NCBI GenBank assembly: GCA_965246945.1
Contig: CBDFFW010000001.1
Coordinates: forward strand, 1,142,691 to 1,206,690
DNA from: Alphaproteobacteria bacterium
GTDB lineage: Bacteria; Pseudomonadota; Alphaproteobacteria; UBA11073
Reading direction: 5' to 3'
DNA: 64,000 nucleotides
Part shown: positions 20,054 to 27,633 of the stretch, one piece after another
Numbering within the stretch: position 1 is the first letter of the stretch
Layout of the letters: the number at the start of each line of letters is the position of its first letter
Position numbers and translations under genes: made by a program
The notes under the pieces: model-generated
The model's database searches: none
Told to the model about the DNA's origin: nothing
What the model saw: only the letters and a program-made list of their open reading frames with translations

Positions 20054-20636
20054 AACTCACTGGTGCAGAAGTTTGGCGGCCGATTTGAGAGCCTGGTTTT
20101 GGGGTTTCGCCGCGCGCTAAAGCGTCGAGCAAGGCTGTTGTGTTTTCGGCGTTTAAATCCTCATAATACGTCGAAGTGGCGGCAGTATCGACCTGCATCA
20201 TCGGGGCATTGACACAAGCGCCGAGGCATTCAGCTTCTGCCAACGTGAATAGGCCATCGGCGGTGGTTTCGCCGAGGCCAATGCCCAATTTACTCTGGCA
20301 GGTTTTAACGATATCTTCGCTGCCGCGCAGCCAGCAGGGGGTGGTGGTGCAAATTTGCAGATAGTATTTGCCGACTGGGGCCAAGTTATACATCGTGTAA
20401 AAGGTCGCGACTTCATAAACGCGGATATGCGCCAGGCCTAACATATCGCCAACATAATCCATGGCGGCGCGGGGCAGCCAGTTTTCATGCTGCGATTGAG
20501 CCAGCGCCAGTAACGGCATCACGGCGCTGCGCTGTTGCCCATCCGGATATTTGGCGATAATTTTCTTTGCCTGGGCCAAGTTTTCTGATGTGAATTCAAA
20601 GCTGTTCGGTTGATGCGCGGCGAATAACTGCTTCAT
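20037..20636 (-). CDS. nuoE: NADH-quinone oxidoreductase subunit E (24-kDa, [2Fe-2S])
   Basis: 199 aa with SAVMPLL.LAQ, YEVATFYTMYNL.P.GKYYLQICTTTPCWLRG and ECLGACVNAPMMQV, giving four cluster cysteines. Confidence 0.92.
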   Translation of the reverse strand: MKQLFAAHQPNSFEFTSENLAQAKKIIAKYPDGQQRSAVMPLLALAQSQHENWLPRAAMDYVGDMLGLAHIRVYEVATFYTMYNLAPVGKYYLQICTTTPCWLRGSEDIVKTCQSKLGIGLGETTADGLFTLAEAECLGACVNAPMMQVDTAATSTYYEDLNAENTTALLDALARGETPKPGSQIGRQTSAPVSFKENA

Positions 20637-20716
20637 TACCTTGGTAAAATAGCGGAAACTGCGCCAAGCGCAAAAGCTTTTTGCGTTTTTTCACATAAGT
20701 CGCCAAAACAACAAGA

Positions 20717-22162
20717 ATGGCCCCGCAGATACTTCACCGTAAATTGCCAGCGGATTTAACCACGCCGGTGCGTGCCTTTGCCCAATTGGCGGGCACTGAG
20801 CCATCATGTGCCTGCTTGTTCGAATCGGTTGAAGGCGGGGTGCAATTAGGCCGGTATTCGATCATCGCATTGAAACCCGACAAAATTTGGGAAGCGCGTG
20901 GACATAAAGTTAGTTGTCATTCTCAGCCCGCAGGGCTGGGAATCCAAAATGGAGAAGATGGATCCCCAACGCTACGTGTTGAGGACGACAACCCTTTGGC
21001 ATCCTTGGCCGCCTTTATCGCCGCAAGCCAATTGCCGCGTCAGCCGGAATTACCGCCCATTGGTGGAGGGATTTTCGGTTATCTGGGTTTTGATACGGTG
21101 CGGTGGTATGAACCAGTGCTCGGTGCGTTGCCGCCGCACCCATTCGGCCTGCCGGATGGCTTGTGGTTTCGCCCACAATTGATTGTGGTATTTGATAATG
21201 TACTGCAAGATTTGTGGTTGCTGGCCCCCACTTATGGCGAAGTTATCACGGCAGAAAAATTATTGGCCTGGGCCGAAGCACAATTAAAAACGGAGCCGCC
21301 GGATTTTTTAAATGAAGCTGCGGTGGCGACTGGCAGCATTACCCCTGGCGGTAATGAAACAGCGGTGCGTTATGGCCAGATGGTGGATCAGGCCAAAGAA
21401 TATATTGCGGCCGGCGATATATTTCAGGTAGTGCCATCGCAGCGTTATTCTGTGCCGTATGCGGCCGAACCGTTTCAATTATACCGTGCCGTGCGGCGAC
21501 ATAACCCAGCCCCATTTATGGTGTTTATGCGGCTGCCGGATGCCGCCATTGTCGCGGCCAGCCCTGAAGTATTGGTGCGTGTGCGCGATGGTGAGGTGGC
21601 AGTGCGGCCAATCGCGGGTACACGCCCGCGCGGTAAAACACCCATTGAAGATCAAGCATTAGCCGATGAACTGATAAATGATCCGAAGGAACGGGCGGAG
21701 CATATGATGCTGCTGGATTTGGGCCGCAACGATGTCGGCCGTGTGAGTGAAATTGGCAGTGTGAATGTCATCACTCAAATGGTCATCGAACGTTATGCGC
21801 ATGTGATGCATATTGTTTCCGAAGTACGTGGAAAACTGCGCAAAGGGTTAACCGCACTCGATGCATTAATGGCAGGTTTTCCGGCGGGTACAGTAAGCGG
21901 GGCACCAAAAATTCGGGCCATCCAAATCATTAATGAATTAGAAAAATCACCACGCGGTTTATATGGCGGCGGCATTGGTTATTTTAATGCTTTTGGGGAT
22001 TTGGATAGCTGCATCGCGCTGCGTACCGGCATTGTAAAAGATGGTATGTTGCACGTTCAAGCGGGCGGCGGCATTGTGGCCGATAGCGATCCCGTGGCTG
22101 AACATCAGGAATCGATGAATAAAGCGAAAGCCTTGTTGCGCGCCATTGGCGCTAATTTTTAA
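20717..22162 (+). CDS. Chorismate-binding enzyme, anthranilate synthase component I / aminodeoxychorismate synthase family (TrpE/PabB); carries an in-frame repeat insertion
   Basis: 481 aa with LFESVEGG...GRYSIIA at the N-terminus. The C-terminal catalytic block reads PSQRYS, AGTRPRG, ERAEHMMLLDLGRNDVGRV, GTVSGAPKIRA, RGLYGGGIGYF and GGGIVADSDP. TrpE and PabB cannot be distinguished by eye. Confidence 0.88.
   Translation: MAPQILHRKLPADLTTPVRAFAQLAGTEPSCACLFESVEGGVQLGRYSIIALKPDKIWEARGHKVSCHSQPAGLGIQNGEDGSPTLRVEDDNPLASLAAFIAASQLPRQPELPPIGGGIFGYLGFDTVRWYEPVLGALPPHPFGLPDGLWFRPQLIVVFDNVLQDLWLLAPTYGEVITAEKLLAWAEAQLKTEPPDFLNEAAVATGSITPGGNETAVRYGQMVDQAKEYIAAGDIFQVVPSQRYSVPYAAEPFQLYRAVRRHNPAPFMVFMRLPDAAIVAASPEVLVRVRDGEVAVRPIAGTRPRGKTPIEDQALADELINDPKERAEHMMLLDLGRNDVGRVSEIGSVNVITQMVIERYAHVMHIVSEVRGKLRKGLTALDALMAGFPAGTVSGAPKIRAIQIINELEKSPRGLYGGGIGYFNAFGDLDSCIALRTGIVKDGMLHVQAGGGIVADSDPVAEHQESMNKAKALLRAIGANF
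20916..20989. repeat. Palindromic element, family C (degenerate GTCATTCTC ... GAGGACGAC), in frame inside the TrpE/PabB gene
   Basis: It encodes ...SCHSQPAGLGIQNGEDGSPTLRVEDD... between conserved blocks. The termini and internal GGGAATCC/GGATCCCC boxes match the other family C copies. Confidence 0.6.
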
Positions 22163-23435
22163 CGATCTGTGCGTAAAAATATAAGGAACCAGTTGCCAGT
22201 AATATATTTTGGGTATCACCAATTGTTTTTTGCCACTCAGTTAAATTTGTATAACATGGCAGGGTGGGGGCGATACCCTGAATAGTTTTTTGTAATTCAT
22301 TAGCTGGCCAGGCATTGGGTTGTTCTGGCATATCGACGCAAATTACACTGTCTAAATATGGCAATAAATGCGATAAAAACATTTTTGGATCGCGGTTATT
22401 TAACATCGCGAAATATAAATGAATGGGCTGTGCTTTTTTCCACACCTGTAACTGCGCGGCCAATGCCATGGCACCACTTTCATTATGCGCGCCATCGAAC
22501 CATAAAGCAGTTGTTGACGGTAAGTTTGTCCATATCACGCCGCGTGTAATCTGCTCTAACCGCCCTGGCCAATAGGCGGTTTGTAAGCCTTGTTGGATGG
22601 CAGCAGTGGTAATCGCTGAATGGTGTAATTGCCTTAAACATTCAATGGCAACGCTGGCATTTATTTGTTGATGCGGTCCGACAAGGGCTAATTTATGCGT
22701 GTCATCCCAGTGCAAACTGGGATCTAGTCCTGCTTTTAAGTTAGCAAAATGATTTGTCTGTCTGGATCCCAGCTTACGCTGGGATGACGCTGATAGTAAC
22801 GAGCATCCTACCAACGCAGCCTGTGTTTCCAAAACAGCCATCACTTCTGGCGCTTGCGGTGCCACCGCGCATGGTATATTTGCTTTCATAATGCCGGCTT
22901 TTTCTAGCGCGATTTTGGTTAAGGTGTCTCCCAAAAATTCGGTATGATCAATACCAATTGGCGTGATGGCGGTGACGGCCGGTATTAGCACATTAGTAGC
23001 ATCCAACCGGCCGCCAAGGCCAACTTCCAACAGCAATAAATCAGCTGGTTGCTGGGCGAATAACCAAAACGCAGCGGCCGTTGTGCTTTCAAAAAAGGTA
23101 ATGGGATCACCAGCATTGATGGCAGTGACATGGCCTAATGCTGCGCATAATTCCGCATCGCTGACTTCCTGCCCTGCCAACACAATGCGTTCATTAAAAC
23201 GCACTAAATGCGGCGAGGTATAAATATGTGCCTTAAGCCCAGCTGCTTCAGCTATGCTGCGCATAAAAGCGATGGTTGAACCTTTACCATTGGTACCCGC
23301 CACATGAATGGTGGGCGGCATGCGCTGTTCTGGATTGCCCAATTTATCCAGTAACCGCTGCATACGTCCCAAAGACAGATCAATCTTTTTGGGATGCAGT
23401 AATTCCAGTTCTTTAAGCAAACTATTCAGCGGCAT
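22152..23435 (-). CDS. folC: Bifunctional folylpolyglutamate synthase / dihydrofolate synthase; carries an in-frame repeat insertion
   Basis: 427 aa with the P-loop HVAGTNGKGST, plus YTSPHLVRFNERI and GIDHTEFLG. Confidence 0.92.
   Translation of the reverse strand: MPLNSLLKELELLHPKKIDLSLGRMQRLLDKLGNPEQRMPPTIHVAGTNGKGSTIAFMRSIAEAAGLKAHIYTSPHLVRFNERIVLAGQEVSDAELCAALGHVTAINAGDPITFFESTTAAAFWLFAQQPADLLLLEVGLGGRLDATNVLIPAVTAITPIGIDHTEFLGDTLTKIALEKAGIMKANIPCAVAPQAPEVMAVLETQAALVGCSLLSASSQRKLGSRQTNHFANLKAGLDPSLHWDDTHKLALVGPHQQINASVAIECLRQLHHSAITTAAIQQGLQTAYWPGRLEQITRGVIWTNLPSTTALWFDGAHNESGAMALAAQLQVWKKAQPIHLYFAMLNNRDPKMFLSHLLPYLDSVICVDMPEQPNAWPANELQKTIQGIAPTLPCYTNLTEWQKTIGDTQNILLATGSLYFYAQIVKN
22701..22789. 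repeat. Palindromic element, family C (GTCATCCCAG..CTGGGATC ... GGATCCCAG..CTGGGATGAC), in frame inside folC
   Basis: Two terminal hairpins in inverted orientation can be read directly. The translated insert is ...SQRKLGSRQTNHFANLKAGLDPSLHWDD... Confidence 0.8.
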
Positions 23436-24489
23436 TGCTTTGTAAACCTAACCATAAATCCACCATTTCTTTGGTGGCAGCAACATCATGCACGCGCAGC
23501 AATTGCACGCCCTCACTGAGCGCATATTGGGCGGCGGCGACCGAGCCAATTGTGCGGTTTTTATATTCGACCACACCGGTTAGCGTACCAGTTATGCCTT
23601 TGCGTGAAATACCGAGCATCACACCCACGCCAAGGCCCTGATACAATGCAAGTTGCTGCATAATATCCAGATTATGTTGCAACGATTTACCAAAACCAAT
23701 GCCTGGGTCAATCACAATATCGGCGGGTTGCAAACCGCGCTCCAAGCACAATTGCACACGGTTAAACAAATAATCGTAAACTTCCAGGGCGGCATGTTCA
23801 TAATGCGGATTATTCTGCATTGTCACCGGCTCACCCTGTTTATGGGTGAGGATAACTGGCGTGCCGGTGCGGTGAATGAAATCAAGCGCGAGCGGATCAT
23901 CTTCCAGCGCGGAAACATCATTCACAATATGCGCACCGGCACCCATGGCGGCTTCCATCACCATCACGCGGCGCGTGTCGATACTGATTTTAGCACCGCG
24001 TGCGTTTACCAGGTCAGCAATGGCGCGAATAACTGGCACAACACGGCGAATTTCTTCTTCCACTTCCGGCGGCAAAGCCCCAGGGCGAGTACTTTCCCCG
24101 CCCACATCGATAATTTGTGCACCTTCATCCAGCATGGTTTGCGCTCGGGCGATAACGGCATCCAAATTGGCGTAATCACCACCATCAGAAAAACTATCGG
24201 GCGTGGCATTTAAAATGCCCATGATGATGGGTTTGTCTAACGATAAGCCGGCAAATGCACCGCGTGGGGCGCTGAATTTTTGTAATAGATTAGCGTGGTT
24301 TTGGGCCAACTGCTGAAGCGCTAAGGTATCAAAAAAATGGGATTGCAAACCATCCTCACTCCATTGTGTGCCGTAAGCATTGGTAAAAGCGATCGCATGA
24401 TTGGCCAATGGCCAAGCCTGCTGTGTCGCTACTAATGTTGCGGCCAATGGGCCTGACACCAAGCCGGTCGGAAGCAGATATTCTCGCAT
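23422..24489 (-). CDS. folP: Dihydropteroate synthase with an N-terminal extension of about 87 aa
   Basis: The pterin-binding domain IIMGILNATPDSFSDGG ... DVGGESTRPG ... NDVSAL ... DPGIGFGK begins about 88 residues after the MREYLL start (ATG 24489), which lies 1 nt after the folK stop. Confidence 0.92.
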   Translation of the reverse strand: MREYLLPTGLVSGPLAATLVATQQAWPLANHAIAFTNAYGTQWSEDGLQSHFFDTLALQQLAQNHANLLQKFSAPRGAFAGLSLDKPIIMGILNATPDSFSDGGDYANLDAVIARAQTMLDEGAQIIDVGGESTRPGALPPEVEEEIRRVVPVIRAIADLVNARGAKISIDTRRVMVMEAAMGAGAHIVNDVSALEDDPLALDFIHRTGTPVILTHKQGEPVTMQNNPHYEHAALEVYDYLFNRVQLCLERGLQPADIVIDPGIGFGKSLQHNLDIMQQLALYQGLGVGVMLGISRKGITGTLTGVVEYKNRTIGSVAAAQYALSEGVQLLRVHDVAATKEMVDLWLGLQSNAAE

Positions 24490-24490
24490 G

Positions 24491-25348
24491 CTATATTTTT
24501 TGAATATTAGTGCAATCCGCGCAAGCGGCAATTAGTTGCTTAATTGTTTGGCCCTTTTGGGGGTGCTGCCATTCGGGCGCAATATCGTGCAACGGCAGTA
24601 GGACAAAAGCCCGCTCCGCCAAATAGGGATGCGGGACAGTGAGCATTTCATTTTGGATAATTTTATTGCCCCAGGCAATGATATCGATATCCAAAGTGCG
24701 GGAGGCATTTTTAACACTGCGCTGCCGCCCGAATTGTGTTTCGATAGCAATGATCGCTTCCATTACTTCAGCGGGTAAAAGCACTGTTTTAACGGCTACC
24801 ACGGCATTAATGTAATCCGGTTGTTCCATGCCGAGCCAGGGCGGTGATTGGTAAAAAGGAGAAACGGTTTGCACGTGAATATTATGCTGTGGCAACACGG
24901 CAATTGCCTGCTCCAGCGTGGCAACGGGAAGCTGGTTTTGCCAAGGCAAATTCGCGCCTAATCCTAAATATATTACCCCTTTGTCATCCCGGGCTTGTCC
25001 CGGGATCCATGCCGAAGCTTGCTTGAGCTTTGGCTCAAAATTGCTAAGCTGAATTTCAATTAAATTCTCAGCCAAATCTTGCCAGGATGGATTTTGCTTT
25101 TCGATTAAGTTATATTTATACTCACGCTTATAATGCTTAATTTGTTTTTCACGATGGATAGCCTGATCAATATAGTTGAAAACTTCATAGTAAACTAATT
25201 GATTGAGGCTATATTTTTTAGTAAATCCTTCAATCTGCTTTTGTTTATGCGCCCTAATCCGTTGTTCAAGATTACTAGTTACCCCTGTATAAAGTGTGCC
25301 ATATTTTTTGTTTGTTAAAATATAAACGAAATATTCATGATTTTTCAT
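24491..25348 (-). CDS. folK: Single 285-codon ORF fusing an N-terminal GIY-YIG nuclease domain (residues ~1-97) to HPPK/FolK (residues ~125-285) through repeat-encoded linker codons
   Basis: The N-terminal part FVYILTNKKYGTLYTGVTSNLEQRIRAH...YYE is a YhbQ/UPF0213-type GIY-YIG domain. The C-terminal part IYLGLGANLPW...RTLDIDII...VPHPYLAERAFVLLPL is 2-amino-4-hydroxy-6-hydroxymethyldihydropteridine diphosphokinase. No ATG, GTG or TTG lies near the start of the FolK domain; the codons there are AAA GGG GTA ATA TAT TTA. Confidence 0.8.
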   Translation of the reverse strand: MKNHEYFVYILTNKKYGTLYTGVTSNLEQRIRAHKQKQIEGFTKKYSLNQLVYYEVFNYIDQAIHREKQIKHYKREYKYNLIEKQNPSWQDLAENLIEIQLSNFEPKLKQASAWIPGQARDDKGVIYLGLGANLPWQNQLPVATLEQAIAVLPQHNIHVQTVSPFYQSPPWLGMEQPDYINAVVAVKTVLLPAEVMEAIIAIETQFGRQRSVKNASRTLDIDIIAWGNKIIQNEMLTVPHPYLAERAFVLLPLHDIAPEWQHPQKGQTIKQLIAACADCTNIQKI

Positions 25349-25384
25349 TTGTCACCGCAGATCCCGGGACAAGCCCGGGATGAC
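24983..25384 (-). mobile_element. Candidate autonomous family C element: GIY-YIG ORF bracketed by perfect 25-bp terminal inverted repeats
   Basis: GTCATCCCGGGCTTGTCCCGGGATC at 24983-25007 is the exact reverse complement of GATCCCGGGACAAGCCCGGGATGAC at 25360-25384. The same TTGTCATCC.../...GGATGACAA termini end the short family C elements. The segment is AT-richer than folK. Confidence 0.6.
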
Positions 25385-25417
25385 AATAGAAAAATCAAAT
25401 GAAAAGTGCAAATAAAG

Positions 25418-25572
25418 CCAGGTGGGCGATGGATATTGATTATCCCTGCGGCCCTTGATTAAGGTGGGCGCCGTATGTCTGCAGCCACGGCCACAGCCAG
25501 GAACAGCTCCCTTGCAGTGATACGAGTATCGGCTCGGGGGATGAATGCATCCTGTCGCGCCACCCAGCCATG
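25418..25572 (-). ncRNA. ssrS: Probable 6S RNA (ssrS)
   Basis: A non-coding stretch of about 155 nt lies immediately downstream of zapA, the conserved proteobacterial zapA-ssrS synteny. The 5' end (GGGUGGCGCGACAGGAUGCAUUCAUCCC) and 3' end (GGGAUAAUCAAUAUCCAUCGCCCACC) can form a long, interrupted closing helix around a GC-rich central region. The ends are approximate. Confidence 0.55.
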
Positions 25573-25578
25573 AATAGT

Positions 25579-25890
25579 TTACGCCTTTGGCAGGCTTTCT
25601 GCAATCTCTTCGATTTCCAGGCGCAATTCGTTTACTTCATCAGTTAACTGCTGTTCCTGGCTTTGATATTGCTGCAGGCTTTGCCGTAAATTCCACACTT
25701 CATCCGTTGCCATCAAGCTATATAGCACTAAAATATGCGCATCGGTAACAGTGGGGTTATCAACTTGTTTGGCCAGTTGTTTAACCTTTTGATCAATCGC
25801 CACACCTAACTGCCGAATTCGCTCTTCCTCGCCGGCTTGGCAAGAAATTGAATAGGGGCGGTCGTTGATGGTGAGCGAAAGTAAAGGCAT
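25579..25890 (-). CDS. zapA: Cell division protein ZapA
   Basis: 103 aa: LTINDRPYSISCQAGEEERIRQLG..IDQKVKQL followed by a C-terminal coiled coil. Confidence 0.88.
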   Translation of the reverse strand: MPLLSLTINDRPYSISCQAGEEERIRQLGVAIDQKVKQLAKQVDNPTVTDAHILVLYSLMATDEVWNLRQSLQQYQSQEQQLTDEVNELRLEIEEIAESLPKA

Positions 25891-25893
25891 TTA

Positions 25894-26091
25894 TTAAGCC
25901 GCTACGCGCGTTTCAACTCGGCTATCTGGTGTCAGCTGGGCAATAATCCGGTCAATCCGGTCATTCACCGCTTGCCGGTAAGCATGATCATTGGCCGGTT
26001 GGGCAATTTCGGCAGTAGGCATGGCCAGCTGTATTTTTAATGTGGCAAGATCGGCTTTTAACGCCGCAATGGCTTCAGCAAGTTGATTCAT
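25894..26091 (-). CDS. Small coiled-coil protein (DUF4164-like) upstream of zapA
   Basis: 65 aa, helical, 3 nt from the zapA start. This small gene commonly precedes zapA in alphaproteobacteria (from memory). Confidence 0.6.
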   Translation of the reverse strand: MNQLAEAIAALKADLATLKIQLAMPTAEIAQPANDHAYRQAVNDRIDRIIAQLTPDSRVETRVAA

Positions 26092-26140
26092 GCAAGCATT
26101 TTAGGTTAATCCAACCGTATGAACAACTATTGTTCTTTAG

Positions 26141-26914
26141 CTAAATTAATGCCCCAGCATTTCTGAGAATTTCGGTTGCTGCTACTGTTGGTTGACCATC
26201 GGCATCATAAAGCAACAAGCCTGGATGCATGATGGCAGGAGATTTACGGTCCTTTTGGGCGCGAATAATCACGCGTTTGGCTGGCACGCCTGGCTTTGGC
26301 CAAATGGGAATAAACGTGATATTGCCAAAACCGGTTAGGGCAGCGATTAACTCGGGCAGCCGGTCGGCCCGATAAATAACGGTTAGCCAGCCGCCCTGTT
26401 TGAGCTGGCGGCGGCAGAAGCCGAGCCAGTCTTTTAATGGGATATCGGTTAAAAAAGCAGTGGCCCGTGTTGCATCCTGGGGTTGCGACGATTCGCTTTT
26501 GCTCAAATAGGGTGGGTTGGTCATTACCTGGTCAAACTGATTGCCAGGCAAAGTTGATTGTTTTTGCATAATATCGTTAGCAATAAACTGTATATCAAAT
26601 TGATTTAAAATGGCATTTTCTTGCGCCAAAGCGATCATCTCGCTTTGAATATCTATGCCGGTGATGCGCAGTTGCGGCAGCCGTGCCTGCAAACATAGGC
26701 TAGCAGTGCCTACCCCACAACCAACATCCAGTACCTGCGTCAGATCGGTTTCACGTGAAACTATTCCTATTTTAGGGTGCTTTTGGTTGCTTATGGGTGC
26801 AAAAGGTTGCACAGCCGCCGCCAGCAAAACTGCATCCAAACCTGCCCGATAGCCAACAGCATTTTGTTTAATTTGCAGTCGCTCACCCAATAAATAATCT
26901 GTTTCAGTCAACAT
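26141..26914 (-). CDS. N6-adenine-specific methyltransferase, tRNA1(Val) m6A37 (TrmN6/YfiC)-like
   Basis: Contains GYRAGLDAVLLAA, SAM motif I VLDVGCGVGTASL, and the catalytic NPPY in VMTNPPYLS. The likely start is MLTETDYLLGE at 26914 inside ORF 26141..27007. Confidence 0.82.
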   Translation of the reverse strand: MLTETDYLLGERLQIKQNAVGYRAGLDAVLLAAAVQPFAPISNQKHPKIGIVSRETDLTQVLDVGCGVGTASLCLQARLPQLRITGIDIQSEMIALAQENAILNQFDIQFIANDIMQKQSTLPGNQFDQVMTNPPYLSKSESSQPQDATRATAFLTDIPLKDWLGFCRRQLKQGGWLTVIYRADRLPELIAALTGFGNITFIPIWPKPGVPAKRVIIRAQKDRKSPAIMHPGLLLYDADGQPTVAATEILRNAGALI

Positions 26915-27072
26915 ATATTGTATTTTAACATAAAAGATGGATTTCATTACGCAAGTTATACTGTGCAAATTAACTGCAACAATTTTGTAACATGAAAGTT
27001 TTTGCAATAAGGCTGTAATACACAGAAAATGATATCAGGAATTACATCCTGCTGCCTTACTTAGGAGATACT

Positions 27073-27582
27073 ATGCAACCTTATACCATTAATCCTGCAC
27101 AACGTCTTGCTCAAGCGGCTGGATTTGATCATGCTCATCAGCTACTTGCAGCTATTCACCATTTACCAAATGAAGCTCGGCCTTTTAAAGGTGCATTTGC
27201 TGCTTTAATTAAATCATTAGCAACACTAGAACAAATGAAGTTCGTTATAGTCGAAGGTAATATTTTCCTTGTTGGCTCTTCTGGTGAATTAAAAGCTTTG
27301 CAAGCAATTCCGGCTCAGATGGGTACACTTGCAGACGTTTTTAGCAAGCCAACGGCAGAAGGTACATTCTTAAAGGATTATTTAAATTTAGGTGGTTGGG
27401 TCAAGAATGCTGCTGCTACCATAGCTGCAAGTTCAGATCTTTTAGAAGGCATAAGCATAGGAACAGCGACAACCCCTGAATTTACGCAAGCAACGCTTGA
27501 TGCTTTAAAAGGTGAGAAAGTGGAAGCAACATCTGCTTCTTATACAGTTGTTCCATCACCTTTAGCCTGCGCCTATGCATAG
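27073..27582 (+). CDS. Orphan hypothetical protein
   Basis: 169-aa ORF with an AGGAGA Shine-Dalgarno 6 nt upstream. No signal peptide and no recognised motif. It lacks the E-A-M-K-M motif, so it is not a biotin carboxyl carrier protein. Confidence 0.55.
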   Translation: MQPYTINPAQRLAQAAGFDHAHQLLAAIHHLPNEARPFKGAFAALIKSLATLEQMKFVIVEGNIFLVGSSGELKALQAIPAQMGTLADVFSKPTAEGTFLKDYLNLGGWVKNAAATIAASSDLLEGISIGTATTPEFTQATLDALKGEKVEATSASYTVVPSPLACAYA

Positions 27583-27633
27583 AATGCTTTTAGTTTGCTT
27601 CCATCTCTCTGCCTAACCCGCTAAAAGAGAGAT

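Noticed and set aside
23653-24213. 186-aa and 99-aa plus-strand ORFs opposite folP
   Set aside because: They are antisense to a gene with unambiguous DHPS motifs, and their composition is His/Arg/Thr-rich shadow sequence.
27073-27582. Calling the ORF upstream of accC as accB (BCCP)
   Set aside because: It has no biotinylation motif (EAMKM), no Pro/Ala linker and no biotinyl-domain pattern.
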